Both the position numbers and the translations under genes were made by a program. A stretch of 64,000 nt of DNA from a bacterium (GTDB lineage: Bacteria; Electryoneota; RPQS01): NCBI GenBank assembly GCA_018814465.1, contig JAHIZR010000228.1:173-64172 (forward strand), given 5' to 3'. Below the pieces are notes generated by a model. It was not told where the DNA came from. It saw only the letters and a list, made by a program, of their open reading frames with translations, and searched no databases. Of the stretch, positions 26,364-37,335 are shown piece by piece. Position 1 is the stretch's first letter; each line of letters opens with the position of its first letter.

Positions 26364-27025
26364 GCCGCCACTTCGACGCGCTCGCGAACGAAGTGCGCGG
26401 CCTGATCAAGGACGGCGACGGCTACGTCTCGGAAGACGAGCTGGCCGCCGCCGTGCGCCGCGGAATCGCCAGACTAGCCGAAGCCCGCCCGCGCCGGATC
26501 ATCGCCGACTTTCCGGGCAACAGCAGCGCGCAAGTCTTCACGCTGCCGAACAGCTTCGAGCCGTGCTTTAGCGACGTCGTGAAAGTTCTCTATCCGTTCG
26601 ACGCGAGCGCCGTGGAATTGCCCGAAGATCTCGAGCTCGCGCGCTTAACGCTCGTCGAGACGGGCGACGGCACGTATAAGCTGCGACTGCCCTTCGCCCC
26701 GGCCAACGCCAAGCAACTGCGAGTCGTCTTCACCGCACATCATACGGTGAACGAGCAGACGAGCACGATCAAGGCCGCTGCGGACGAAGACGCCGTCATT
26801 CACTGGGCCGCCGCCGAATGCCTGCGCATCATGGCGGCGAAAGCGATTGGCGTGGGCGACTCCCTGCTCGGCGCGGATACCGTCAGCTATCAGTCGCGCT
26901 CGAGCCAATACAAAAGTCTCGCGGAATTCTACGAGGAACAGTCCGGATTGAAAACCATTCCGGGGTTCGTGTTCAACCGCGTGTTCGTGACGACGAACGA
27001 AGGTCTCCTTTACTTGACGCATTGA
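26359..27025 (+). CDS. Hypothetical head-tail connector protein
   Basis: GTG start overlapping the upstream gene. Position. Confidence 0.45.
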
Positions 27026-27032
27026 GGATCCC

Positions 27033-27524
27033 ATGGCGGAACAACCGCTCCAGTTCGAGATCGTGATTCGCCCGCCGCTTGACGCATTTCTGAAAAGCGA
27101 CAAGCTGACGAACGACGCCAACCGGGAACTCGAAAAAACGATGCAGGACGCCGCGTTCCTCGTGCATAGCGCGGTGATCCCGAAGACGCCGCATGCGTCC
27201 GGAACGCTGCGCAGTTCGATTCAACCGGCGGAACCCATCGTGCTGCACAACTCGATCACCGGCGCCGTCTCCACCTCGCTTCCGTATGCGCCGTACGTCG
27301 AGTACGGCAGTAAACCGCATTGGGCGCCGATCGGGCCGCTCTTGCTCTGGGCGCAGCGCAAGCATCACGATCCGCGCATCGCCTACATCGCACAAAAGGC
27401 TATCGCCAAGCGCGGCACGAAAGCCTGGCACATGTTCCGGGACGGCTTAGCCGAATCGAAAGCGCGCGCGCAGCAATTGTTCGACGCAGCCGTCGAGCGC
27501 ATCTTGGCCAAGTGGAGACAGTAA
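27033..27524 (+). CDS. HK97 gp10-family head-tail joining protein
   Basis: Motif TLRSSI...LPYAPYVEYG. Confidence 0.6.
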   Translation: MAEQPLQFEIVIRPPLDAFLKSDKLTNDANRELEKTMQDAAFLVHSAVIPKTPHASGTLRSSIQPAEPIVLHNSITGAVSTSLPYAPYVEYGSKPHWAPIGPLLLWAQRKHHDPRIAYIAQKAIAKRGTKAWHMFRDGLAESKARAQQLFDAAVERILAKWRQ

Positions 27525-27994
27525 TGACGTCCATCGACTATCTCGAAATCGCGAATCAGATCACTTCACGGCTTGCGGCGGTCCCGAATGTAGGGCGCGT
27601 GCATCACTATCAGCGCAACCTCACTTCGCTCGAAACGGTCAAAGCGGAATTCTTCGATCATAACCTCGGCCGCATCGCCGCCTGGACGGTCTCCCGCGAA
27701 TCCTTCACCGACACGCAGTCCAGCAACATCGAGAATACCCGCGTCGCCACGTGGGTTTTGCGCGGCTACATGAGCGTCGAGGACGCGCAAGCGACGGAGC
27801 TGCTCTTTCAGCAGGTGATCAACGACATCAGCGCGGCCTTCCGACCGCAAGACGATTTGGGTGACACTGTCGAATTGATTCAGCCAGTGCAAGCGCGCAC
27901 TATCGGCTACACGATGCTCGGCAAGCCCGATTCCGGCGTTCTCTGTCACTCCGCCGAGCTCGTACTCCAAGTGCAGGAATTCTATCAGAATTGA
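27524..27994 (+). CDS. Hypothetical neck / tail-terminator protein
   Basis: ATGA overlap. Position. Confidence 0.45.
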   Translation: MTSIDYLEIANQITSRLAAVPNVGRVHHYQRNLTSLETVKAEFFDHNLGRIAAWTVSRESFTDTQSSNIENTRVATWVLRGYMSVEDAQATELLFQQVINDISAAFRPQDDLGDTVELIQPVQARTIGYTMLGKPDSGVLCHSAELVLQVQEFYQN

Positions 27995-28004
27995 CGAGGA
28001 ACCA

Positions 28005-29153
28005 ATGGCTTTAGGAACAGCGACCGGTTATTCCGGCATCATGGGCGCCGCGAAGGAAACCGCCTTCCGCACCCCGGTCAATATCAACACACGGATTCCG
28101 ATCACTGCGGAGGGCCTGAGCGACGCAATCAAGCTGATCGAACAAGAAACGCTCATGGGTTACCCGGGCCGGGACACGCTCGACGCGGGACCGATTTCCG
28201 TCACGGGTTCGGTCGATACCGAAGTGCGCTTCGCGACGGCGAACAGCGGGCGCACGATCTTCTTCGGCAACGACTTGCTCGTCGCGCTCGCGATGGGCGC
28301 CTGCGCATGGCACGCCGGATCGAGCACGAACATCCTCAAGCTTTCCGACGATCTCGACAAGTCCGCCACGCTCGCGCTGCATAAGAAGATCGCGATCTGG
28401 GAATTCGTGTCGTGCTTCTTTAAGGGCTTCAAATTCAGTGGCAAGGCCGGGGAAATCTGGAAGACCTCGTTCGATACCGTCGCTTACAAATTAATGCGCG
28501 GCGATCCGTCGAGCGGTAGTCAGCAGAACAAGCAAGCGCAGTTCAACGCACTGAGCGTCACGGCGGGCAAGCGCGGACTCTTCGGCGACAGCACGTTTAT
28601 CCTCGCCCCGGTCAACACGGCTTGGGGCGGCGGCGAGAGCAATTTCCGTATCGGCTTAAACGAATTCAGTTTGAATTACGAGAGCGGTTTGACGGATCCG
28701 GAATTCAGCACGCCCGACGCCGCCGGCGGACACACGGACGCGAACTTGACGATTCAGCCGGTGCGCGGCGGATTCCGCAAGTGCGAATTGGAATTCTCCT
28801 TGCCGCGCTATCAAGACTTGAGCGGCGGCGCGCTGCAATGGGGCTCGCAGCTGCTGGCTTGGAAAGACACGCAAGCGCCCTTGCAACTGCTCGGCACGAT
28901 TCAGCCGAGCGGTGACAGCACGCGCATCATCAAAGCGATGTGTCCGTATCTCGTGATTACCGCGGTCGATGCCGCAATCAGCGGTCCGGCACCGGCTTCG
29001 ATGAAAGTCAAAGCGACGCTGCTGCGCGGCGCGGGCCGCAATACCGTCGTGACGGACGCCGCCGGATCCTCCATCGCCGAGGAGTTCCAGCTCGAATTCA
29101 AGAACAGCAACAACGCGGCATCTGAGTATGGCCGCAATGCCGCCATTTTCTAA
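28005..29153 (+). CDS. Major tail (tube) protein, paralog 1
   Basis: Shares an N-terminal ALGxxxGYS segment and the PVRGGFRK...SLPRY motif with the next gene. Confidence 0.55.
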   Translation: MALGTATGYSGIMGAAKETAFRTPVNINTRIPITAEGLSDAIKLIEQETLMGYPGRDTLDAGPISVTGSVDTEVRFATANSGRTIFFGNDLLVALAMGACAWHAGSSTNILKLSDDLDKSATLALHKKIAIWEFVSCFFKGFKFSGKAGEIWKTSFDTVAYKLMRGDPSSGSQQNKQAQFNALSVTAGKRGLFGDSTFILAPVNTAWGGGESNFRIGLNEFSLNYESGLTDPEFSTPDAAGGHTDANLTIQPVRGGFRKCELEFSLPRYQDLSGGALQWGSQLLAWKDTQAPLQLLGTIQPSGDSTRIIKAMCPYLVITAVDAAISGPAPASMKVKATLLRGAGRNTVVTDAAGSSIAEEFQLEFKNSNNAASEYGRNAAIF

Positions 29154-29230
29154 GGTTGTGATTTGCATGCAACCATTAGTCAGCTACACTATGCAGCGCG
29201 AATCCATCATCGCCATTAAGGAGTGATCTT

Positions 29231-30724
29231 ATGCCCGGCGTAGCGCTCGGCTATAATTCGAAAGCGGCGCTGCGAATGCGCAGCCGCATTAACAAGCTCG
29301 ACGTGTGGAACGCCAACGCCGAACCGTTCTGGAAGCTCGGCAAGCACCACCAGCTCTGGCTGGAAAGCGAAAGCATCAGCGAGGAGCTGAAGCACCTCGC
29401 CGACGAATCCTTGACCGGCAAGGCAGGCTTGGACACGCTCGATCTCGTTTCCATGCTCTCCGGCGGTTCGCTGAACGTCAACGGCTTCTTCTACGGTCTG
29501 GATCAATTGCTCGCCATGGCGCTGGGCTACGAGCGGATCCGCACGAACGCCGCTTACGAATCTCCGTCCTTCGACAAGGCGTTCAACAACACCGTCAAGA
29601 CCGGCACGACGGCTTCCGGCTGCACCGCCACGCGCATCGTCGCCAATGCGTCGGTGTTTGCTGCGGGCGATGTCGGAAGTTATATCCGGCTGGAAGCTAA
29701 TAGCGTTATGGTCGGAAGCTTTCACGACCAAGTGCGCCGCATCACCAACTACGTGAACAGCACGACGGTGGATATCTCGCCCGCGCTCGACACCGGCGGC
29801 GGTTCCGGCTGGTACAGCTACGGAATCGTACCGTCAGCGGGAGTCAACTTTCGCGTCGCTCGCGTCTTTACGCACACCTTCGAAGTCGCGCGCAATCTGC
29901 ACGCCGAGCCGTTCACCGAGCTCGGGATCGGCGACAGCTATTGGGCGAACGCCGAGAACACCGCCAACCGCTGGATCGCCCGCGAAGCCGTGCTCTCTAT
30001 CTGGAAGAATATCGCCTATTGGACGTTTCTGCCGGTGATGCTCAAGACGCTCGCGCTTAAGCTCGACGCAAACGGGCTGAAGGTGGCGGCGGAATTCGCG
30101 GCACGGGCTTTCAATAACGGCAATGAGGACGGACAGAATCATACGCTCTGGGGCTTCTGTCCGCTGCCCGCCTTCGTCAAGGAACGGGCGCTCTTCGGCG
30201 ATTTCTCGTTCAGTCTCGATCCGTTCAGCACATCGGCTTGGCCGGAAACGAAACTTCCGATCACCGCTTTCGACCTGCAGATCGACAACGCGCTCGACAG
30301 CGACCTGATCACCGTCGGCAACGTCGTGCGCGACGAACCAGTGCGCGGCGGCTTTCGTAAGATCGGCGGCTCCATCGCCCTGCCGCGCTATAAAGATCAG
30401 GCGCTCGAAGACTACTGCCGCAATCAAACCGAGCTCATGGGCGCGCTCAAAGCGACCGGCGGCATCAATCTCGTGGATTCCGGAGGCACGGTCAATCACG
30501 AACTGCGCGTTTTCCTGCGCCGTTTGAAACTGACCAAGCAAGACACGCCGGTCAGCGGTCCCGCGCCGCTCGCGCAAAAGTACACTTTTCATTGCTTGCA
30601 GCCGACCACCGGCAACAGCTTCAATATGCCGACCCCCAGCACGGGGATAGAAAACGGCGAGCTCATCATCCAAACGGTGAATCAGAATCCGTACAACGCA
30701 TTTATGAACCAATGCCAGGAATGA
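29231..30724 (+). CDS. Major tail protein paralog 2
   Basis: Motif PVRGGFRKIGGSIALPRY is shared with 28005-29153. Confidence 0.55.
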   Translation: MPGVALGYNSKAALRMRSRINKLDVWNANAEPFWKLGKHHQLWLESESISEELKHLADESLTGKAGLDTLDLVSMLSGGSLNVNGFFYGLDQLLAMALGYERIRTNAAYESPSFDKAFNNTVKTGTTASGCTATRIVANASVFAAGDVGSYIRLEANSVMVGSFHDQVRRITNYVNSTTVDISPALDTGGGSGWYSYGIVPSAGVNFRVARVFTHTFEVARNLHAEPFTELGIGDSYWANAENTANRWIAREAVLSIWKNIAYWTFLPVMLKTLALKLDANGLKVAAEFAARAFNNGNEDGQNHTLWGFCPLPAFVKERALFGDFSFSLDPFSTSAWPETKLPITAFDLQIDNALDSDLITVGNVVRDEPVRGGFRKIGGSIALPRYKDQALEDYCRNQTELMGALKATGGINLVDSGGTVNHELRVFLRRLKLTKQDTPVSGPAPLAQKYTFHCLQPTTGNSFNMPTPSTGIENGELIIQTVNQNPYNAFMNQCQE

Positions 30725-30731
30725 CCCACCC

Positions 30732-31145
30732 ATGAACAACGGCTTAACGCTTATTCAAGGCAAAAAGGAATTCTGCCGCGAACTCGCGAACGGCGCGCGC
30801 ATCTTCTACCGCCGCCTGCCGCTCCCGATCTTCGTGAACTTCGTGCGCGGCAATCTGCTCGACGACCGCACCGGCAAAACCGACTGGCAACAAGTCGCTG
30901 AAAAAGGCGCCTTATACGCGATTACGCGCTGGGAGAACGTCTTCGACGAGGACGGCAACACTCCCGCCGAATGCAACGAGGAAAACAAAGCGATGCTGCC
31001 GCCGCAGGTGCTGGGCGACATTTCCCGGCTCGCCATCGAACACTTAAAAGAAAGCTCCAAAGAAGCGACGGAGTTCGCGCGGGAAATCGCCGCTGAGGGC
31101 TCGCCCGACCCTTTAGCGAATACGACGCGCGCGCCCGAGGCATAA
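30732..31145 (+). CDS. Tail assembly chaperone
   Basis: Position before the tape measure. Acidic. Confidence 0.5.
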   Translation: MNNGLTLIQGKKEFCRELANGARIFYRRLPLPIFVNFVRGNLLDDRTGKTDWQQVAEKGALYAITRWENVFDEDGNTPAECNEENKAMLPPQVLGDISRLAIEHLKESSKEATEFAREIAAEGSPDPLANTTRAPEA

Positions 31146-31189
31146 CGCGCGGCGGACAACTGCAGCGCTTCGTCGAGCTGCAATGCGCG

Positions 31190-31537
31190 GTGCAGTGGAA
31201 CTACTGCCCGAACTGCTACGCCAGCTACCGCGACGACGGGCGGCGGCCGCCGTGTATGACAAACGCCGACGGGCTTTGCAAATACACGCTGGAACCGCCC
31301 TTTTTTCTCGCCGCATCCGAACGGCTCGCCTGGGACGTTTTTCAGGATGTGATCAGCTATTCGGGACCGGACAGCCTGAAGCTCCCCAGCTTAGACAAAC
31401 TCGAATGGGTGATCAACCATCGCCTGCTGCGCGATATGCTCGGTGATGATCGCTGCTTCCGCCTCATTGAAAACGTGCGCTCTATCGCCAGCATCATCCG
31501 GCAAGACCTAATCTCGAAACGGCACTCTGAATCATGA
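31190..31537 (+). CDS. Second chaperone-like protein before the tape measure
   Basis: Position. ATGA overlap with the tape measure gene. Confidence 0.45.
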   Translation: MQWNYCPNCYASYRDDGRRPPCMTNADGLCKYTLEPPFFLAASERLAWDVFQDVISYSGPDSLKLPSLDKLEWVINHRLLRDMLGDDRCFRLIENVRSIASIIRQDLISKRHSES

Positions 31538-34014
31538 GCGATAAAGTCCTCGGTATCATTCTCAAAGCGCAAACCGATATCGACGCCGCGGTCAACGAGC
31601 TGAAGTCGGGTTTGAAAGACGCCGAACGGCAGGCGGCCACCTCCGCTAAGAAGACGTCCGAAGAATACGAGCAAGCTTTCACGAAGATTCGCAACGCGAG
31701 CGCGATTGCGTTCGCGGCGGTCGGAGCAAGCATCGGGTTCGCGACAAATACCGCGATCAAGCAGGAAGACGCGGTAAACAAAGCGCGCGCGCAGGTGAGA
31801 CTCGCGGGCGGCGATTGGGAAGCCTATGGCGACCAGGTGCTGAAAGCGGCCGCCGCGATTCAAGAACATTCGCGCTACGGCGATGAGGAATTATTACCCG
31901 TCTATGCGCGCATGGTCGCAATCACCGGCGACTATCAAGCCAGTCTTGAAAACCTGAATATCGTTGCCGACGCGGCGGCCGGACTTCAGATTGACATCTC
32001 GACTGCCGGAGATTACGTGGCGCGCGCCATGACCGGGCAAGCCGAAATGCTGGGGCGACTACTGCCGTCGCTTCGCGAAAAACTCAAACTACTCGGCGAA
32101 GATGCGAGCGCTGAGCAGAAAGCCGCGCTCGCGATTCAGGAATTAGGCAGAATGTCAGGTTCCGCCGCCGCTGACGTGGAAACGGTCGGCGGAGCACTTA
32201 GCCAACTGAAGGCTACCGCTGGCGATACGACAGAGGAGATCGGCAACGCCTTTCTACCTCTTATAAAAGACATGGCGAAGGAGTTGCGCTCTGTCGCAAA
32301 AGGCGTCGGCGAATGGGTGAAGGAACATACCGAGCTTGTAAAAGTGCTTGGCACCGGCGCAATCGTTACGACCGGATTTCTCGCCTTTACAACGAGCGCC
32401 GCGTTGATACTGCCGCGCATCGCCGCTGGAGTGGCGGCCTTTACGACGGCGGCGTCCGCGCTGACCGGCGTGCTGACATTTCAGACCGCCGCGCTATGGG
32501 GTAACTCGCTCGCGTGGAATGCCGTCGGCGTCGCGATGCTCTCCGTTCCCGGCTGGGGCTGGGCTCTGGCTGGAGTGGCTGCACTCGGTACTCTTGCATA
32601 CGCTCTTTCTGATTTCGAGTACGAAGCACAAGATACGCCGCAGAAGATCGAGGATATCAATGCCGCGCTAATCGCGATGAATCCCGCCGCTGCTGACGCC
32701 ACGAGCGCCGTGCAAAACCTCGCGAAGATCACGGCTGACGAATTTAACAAGCTCAAGGACGATAACGAGCTCACGCTGATCGGGGAAGAATTCAGCGAAA
32801 CGACAAAACAAGCGATGAACGATGCTGCCGACGCCATCGCGGACTCTGGGCCGAAGGTACGCGAGGGTGCGTGGAAATTAGGCATTCAAGCCGGTGAAGC
32901 ATGGAAGGAAGCGCTCGCCTCGCAAACGCAGTCGCTGAATGATGCGCTGGAATGGGAGGATAAGGGAGATTCGGGGCAAGGACTCGTCGCATCGGAAGCG
33001 GAGTCTATCGCCGCTTTAGAATCGCTTCAGGCTGACCATCTCAATTGGAAACGCGCGCAGGACAAGGCGTATCTCACCGAACGCCAAGCCCTGCTCAATC
33101 AAGCCCTCGCCGCCGGTGTGGACGCCGAAGCCGCCGCGCAGATCATCATGACCAGCAAGACGAACGAGCAAGCGCTCGCCCGTTTCGAGCTCTACCGGCA
33201 AGAGTATCAAGCCGTGCAAGACATGACCGCCGGAATGCAGAATGCGTTCCTGACCGGCATGCAGAGCATCACGGATGCGGAAATGACCGGCAAAGCGCGC
33301 CGCGAAGCGATCTGGAACAGCTACCGGGCGACGGTGATTCGGCAGATCGCGGAAAGCGTGAACAAGTTTATTTTCGGCGAAATGGCGAAGCGCGCGGCAA
33401 TGGCGGCAACCGGCGTCGTCGCGAAGCAGCAAGTTGCCGAACAAGCCGCCGTCGAACACGCTAACGTCCTCAAATCCATCGCGCTGTCGGTCAAGGCTAT
33501 CGCGGCGAAGATCTACTCCTTTTATGCCAGCATGGGGCCATTCGGACTCCCGCTCGCCGCCGCCACGGTCGCGGCGGCAATCGCGGCCATCCGCACCATC
33601 AAGCTGCAAACGGGCGGCATCGTGCCCGGCTCCGGTCGCGGTGATACCGTCCCGGCACTGCTCGAATCGGGTGAGTTCGTTGTCAATCGCTCCGCCACCA
33701 ATCAATATCGCGCGTTGCTTGAACAAATCAATTTCGGAAGCTTGCGCCGCCCGTCCGCCTCGGCGCCCGCCGAATACGCCTATGCCAATCGCGTGGCGCG
33801 CAACGAAGCGCAACTTGCGCAAGCCGTCGCTTCCGGCGCGCTCCCGTCAACAGCCGCCGAGCAATCGCACGTCAGCATGGAGATTCATCTGGATCGCGAT
33901 ACGAACGAACGCGATGTCGCGCGCATCAAGCATCTGCTCGACACGCACGTCGTCGAAGCCGTCGAAGCGGCGATTGACCGCGGCGCGTTCCGGCGGAGGT
34001 TCGCATTCTCATGA
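31534..34014 (+). CDS. Tail tape measure protein
   Basis: 826 aa, Ala-rich, helical, with membrane-like central segments. Confidence 0.75.
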   Translation: MSDKVLGIILKAQTDIDAAVNELKSGLKDAERQAATSAKKTSEEYEQAFTKIRNASAIAFAAVGASIGFATNTAIKQEDAVNKARAQVRLAGGDWEAYGDQVLKAAAAIQEHSRYGDEELLPVYARMVAITGDYQASLENLNIVADAAAGLQIDISTAGDYVARAMTGQAEMLGRLLPSLREKLKLLGEDASAEQKAALAIQELGRMSGSAAADVETVGGALSQLKATAGDTTEEIGNAFLPLIKDMAKELRSVAKGVGEWVKEHTELVKVLGTGAIVTTGFLAFTTSAALILPRIAAGVAAFTTAASALTGVLTFQTAALWGNSLAWNAVGVAMLSVPGWGWALAGVAALGTLAYALSDFEYEAQDTPQKIEDINAALIAMNPAAADATSAVQNLAKITADEFNKLKDDNELTLIGEEFSETTKQAMNDAADAIADSGPKVREGAWKLGIQAGEAWKEALASQTQSLNDALEWEDKGDSGQGLVASEAESIAALESLQADHLNWKRAQDKAYLTERQALLNQALAAGVDAEAAAQIIMTSKTNEQALARFELYRQEYQAVQDMTAGMQNAFLTGMQSITDAEMTGKARREAIWNSYRATVIRQIAESVNKFIFGEMAKRAAMAATGVVAKQQVAEQAAVEHANVLKSIALSVKAIAAKIYSFYASMGPFGLPLAAATVAAAIAAIRTIKLQTGGIVPGSGRGDTVPALLESGEFVVNRSATNQYRALLEQINFGSLRRPSASAPAEYAYANRVARNEAQLAQAVASGALPSTAAEQSHVSMEIHLDRDTNERDVARIKHLLDTHVVEAVEAAIDRGAFRRRFAFS

Positions 34015-34412
34015 TCTTCACTTACGGCGCGACCGTGCTGCTCCTGCCCGCGAACCGCTATAACAATCAATATCCGGGCTTCAAGCCGAACGTGACGGCG
34101 GACGTAGCCGCCGATGGCAGCGTCGTCGCGTATAACGGCCCGTTCACGGAAACGCTCGTCAATATCAGATTGCGCTTGAAGAGCGCGCAGCTCGCGAGTC
34201 TGCGCGCGTTCTTTATCGACACGGTCAATTGGGCGGCGCTGGAATTTCAAATGACGCCGGACAGCGGGATCGATCTCGGCGGCGGCGTTAATCAGCCGCA
34301 GAACGTCCGCCTCTGGCAAGAGACGTACGCCGAAGTGCCGCTGGCCTACGGCATCTGGGAAGTCGCGTTCGTGCTGCGCGGTCTGCTGCCGCCTTCCGGA
34401 GGCGGCTCCTAA
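34011..34412 (+). CDS. Distal tail protein
   Basis: Position. Confidence 0.45.
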   Translation: MIFTYGATVLLLPANRYNNQYPGFKPNVTADVAADGSVVAYNGPFTETLVNIRLRLKSAQLASLRAFFIDTVNWAALEFQMTPDSGIDLGGGVNQPQNVRLWQETYAEVPLAYGIWEVAFVLRGLLPPSGGGS

Positions 34413-37312
34413 TGGCCCGCGCACTCTCCGCCAATGTCGCCACCGGAATTCAAGGCGGCAACGCCGTTCCGATCTGGCTGATCAACGCCACGGCGCGGCG
34501 CAAGAGCGACGGCGCGACCGTCGCGTTCAAATGGAGCACGGCGGCAGACAGCGGCCTCTCCGAGTTCACCACCGGGCGCATCGCGCAAGGCGGCTTGAAA
34601 CCGGTCAAGTTTCGCTGCGACGTCACGCACGGCGGCAATATCGCCGACGTGGATCCGTGGGGTTTCGACCTGCTCAACGGCGATGCTTTCTGGGCGAATA
34701 CGCTCAGCGGCTATCAATTCGAGAACCGCCCGGTTGAACTACGGCTGATCTTCGGGCGCGTCCCCGGCGTGTCCTGGGACAACGCCGCGCCCGTCTTCAC
34801 CGGCTATACCGAAGATCTCGGCATCACGCCGCGGCGCATCGCTTTTCAATGCGTCGGCAGCTGGCACGCCGTGCATCGCGAACTCCCGAAGGAGCTCGTC
34901 GCGGGGATCGACTCCATCGAACTGGTCAAAGGCAAGCAGGGTTTTCCGAAGCAGCTGATTTACGGCGATTATAATTATCGAGCGATCAACCGCGACGGCT
35001 TAGGCTATTTCCCCTCGCCCTCCGGTCTCGTCCATTACGGCTTGCGCGACGTCTGCAAAGTCGATCTGATCTCGCATAAGGAAATCCTCTACGCCGATCA
35101 CGAATTGCATACCGCGCATCTCGGCTATGAGGGCGGGGGAACCGACAGCATCCGGCTCTACAAGCAGGAGTCGGTCGTCAACGGTTTCGTTTCCTGCCAG
35201 TCGCAGATCGACACGACGCAGGACTACTTTCACGGCGAGCGCGGCTACCACGGACAAGACGTGCTGCAATTGTTTTACGCCGACGAGATCAGTCATGTCC
35301 CAGCGGTGGATGCCGCACACAGCTCGATTCAGAACCCCGCCTATTGCACGGACGAGGAGATCGGCAATTTCGCCATTTTCAAGCAAGCCGGAAGCAGCGC
35401 GAACTGCCTCAAGCTCGTGTTTCGCGAAAAAAGCGGCTGCAGCGGGTTGACATGGCACAATCTGATCCTGTACTGCACGCGGGACGGCGACGATCCGCTC
35501 TATTGCGAAATCAGCATGGCCGGCAAAGCCTCGCTCGGCCCGCTGCCGATCACGACCTACGGCAGCAACAACGTCTTCGCTGTCGATTTGTCCGACTGGA
35601 ATTTCGATGATGCGGATCCGCCGGAGCCGCTGCCCGATCCGGGCGTGCTCAGCGCGGACGTAATCGTCAAGCTCTGGGGCGAGCAGAGCGGCGGCTCGTT
35701 CAGCAACATTTATCTGCACCACGTCACGCTTAACACGCCACGCAATACGCTCGGCAGTCAAGGCGGACGCCGCGCCGAATCCGGCGATGTCTATGCCTGC
35801 GTGAAAGGCCGCAAGTTCAACGCCTGGATCGACGCCCCGAACCACGTCAACGCGCGGAACGCGGGCGAGTTGATTCAGAATCCTGCTTATATCATCGAAT
35901 CCCTGCTCGTCGATGAATGTCACCGGACGCCCGCGAATCTGGCCCGGGCTATCAGTTTCAACAGCGTGGCGGGGCTCTTCTGCTCTCACAACGACCTGCT
36001 GGCGTTCACGAGCAAATTTGCATTCGCCTGCTGGGTCTATCTGCCGTCCGCCCCGGCTTCAGTTTGCCCGCTGCTCCAAAAAAGCGGCACCATCGCTTGG
36101 CCGTACCGCTGGGCAATTGGCTCTGACCGTAAACCGTTTGTAGCCATAGGAAACGGAACTACTCAAACATCGTTCACGGCCACGAATGCTGTTCCGCTCA
36201 GCACGTGGACGCACATCGCGGTGGTTTATGACGGCAGTGCGCTTTATCACTACCTGAACGGCGCTCCGAACGGATCGCTGTCCGTTGCGCAAGCGGTCGC
36301 GGATGGCGGCGACGCCTTCTGGATCGGCTTCAACGGCTCCGTCTATGCGAATTGCCGCCTGGACGAACTGAAAGTCTGGGCAACTTCCAAGAACAGCGCT
36401 GAGATTGCGGCGGATTACAACAGCAACAACGGCGTCTTCGGCCAACCGGAGCAAGACCTCGTGCTGCTGTTTCACTTCGACGAAGGCCAAGGCCGCGACC
36501 TCCGCGACTGGGCGGAATCCGGCTTGCGCTTCGGCCTGTCCCCCGCCAGCGGCGCGAGCTTCGTCACCGGCAAAGTCAACGCGCCCCGGCAACTCCACGA
36601 ACTCAGTTTCGACACCTGCGCGCTCGCCCGCGAGTCGTGGAAGTTCGCCGGCGCCATCGCCGAAACTCAGAACAGCCGCGACGTCATCAAGGACATCTGC
36701 TACGAAGCGGGCTACGCCTACCTGACCCGCGCCGACGGACTCGAAGGCGTCGTCCAGATCGAACCGACGACCTCGCTCGGCTTCATCAGCGTAAGCGACG
36801 CGCTCATGGAGCGCGGCGGTAAGCAAACGACGCTAACCGTCGGGCGGGCGAAGCAGCAGGACGTCTACAACGAGTTCGTCTTGAAATACCGCAAGCTCGG
36901 CAACGACTACGACGGCGTCAAATACGTCATCAATCCGCTCGCCGGACAATACTCCGACCGCTGCAGCAACCTGTCCTCCGACGGCAGTACCTACTGGCTG
37001 AAGTGCCGCAGTTGCTACGTCGAACTCAATACCGTGCGGCGCTGGATCTACGAAGCCAAGTGGATCCGCGAGGACGCCACCGCCGAGGCGTTTCTGAAAT
37101 TTATGATCGCGCGGCTTGCGCGCCGCCCGTGGACGGTGAAATTCGAAACGTCGCTGAAACGGCTCGCCGACGAACTCCTCGATAACTGGAAAATCAACGT
37201 GAACGACTTGCCGACCGGCATTCGCAATTTCGCGCACTTCAAACTCATCGAACAAACCATCGACCCGAACACGAATCGCCTCAGCGAAACGTGGGTGGAT
37301 GTCGGCGTTTAA
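34412..37312 (+). CDS. Large tail fibre / host-specificity protein with a LamG (concanavalin-like) domain
   Basis: Motif WTHIAVVYDGSALYHYLNG...LDELKVW is typical of LamG domains. Confidence 0.65.
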   Translation: MARALSANVATGIQGGNAVPIWLINATARRKSDGATVAFKWSTAADSGLSEFTTGRIAQGGLKPVKFRCDVTHGGNIADVDPWGFDLLNGDAFWANTLSGYQFENRPVELRLIFGRVPGVSWDNAAPVFTGYTEDLGITPRRIAFQCVGSWHAVHRELPKELVAGIDSIELVKGKQGFPKQLIYGDYNYRAINRDGLGYFPSPSGLVHYGLRDVCKVDLISHKEILYADHELHTAHLGYEGGGTDSIRLYKQESVVNGFVSCQSQIDTTQDYFHGERGYHGQDVLQLFYADEISHVPAVDAAHSSIQNPAYCTDEEIGNFAIFKQAGSSANCLKLVFREKSGCSGLTWHNLILYCTRDGDDPLYCEISMAGKASLGPLPITTYGSNNVFAVDLSDWNFDDADPPEPLPDPGVLSADVIVKLWGEQSGGSFSNIYLHHVTLNTPRNTLGSQGGRRAESGDVYACVKGRKFNAWIDAPNHVNARNAGELIQNPAYIIESLLVDECHRTPANLARAISFNSVAGLFCSHNDLLAFTSKFAFACWVYLPSAPASVCPLLQKSGTIAWPYRWAIGSDRKPFVAIGNGTTQTSFTATNAVPLSTWTHIAVVYDGSALYHYLNGAPNGSLSVAQAVADGGDAFWIGFNGSVYANCRLDELKVWATSKNSAEIAADYNSNNGVFGQPEQDLVLLFHFDEGQGRDLRDWAESGLRFGLSPASGASFVTGKVNAPRQLHELSFDTCALARESWKFAGAIAETQNSRDVIKDICYEAGYAYLTRADGLEGVVQIEPTTSLGFISVSDALMERGGKQTTLTVGRAKQQDVYNEFVLKYRKLGNDYDGVKYVINPLAGQYSDRCSNLSSDGSTYWLKCRSCYVELNTVRRWIYEAKWIREDATAEAFLKFMIARLARRPWTVKFETSLKRLADELLDNWKINVNDLPTGIRNFAHFKLIEQTIDPNTNRLSETWVDVGV

Positions 37313-37335
37313 CTATTCTGCGGAGCACACAGCCT

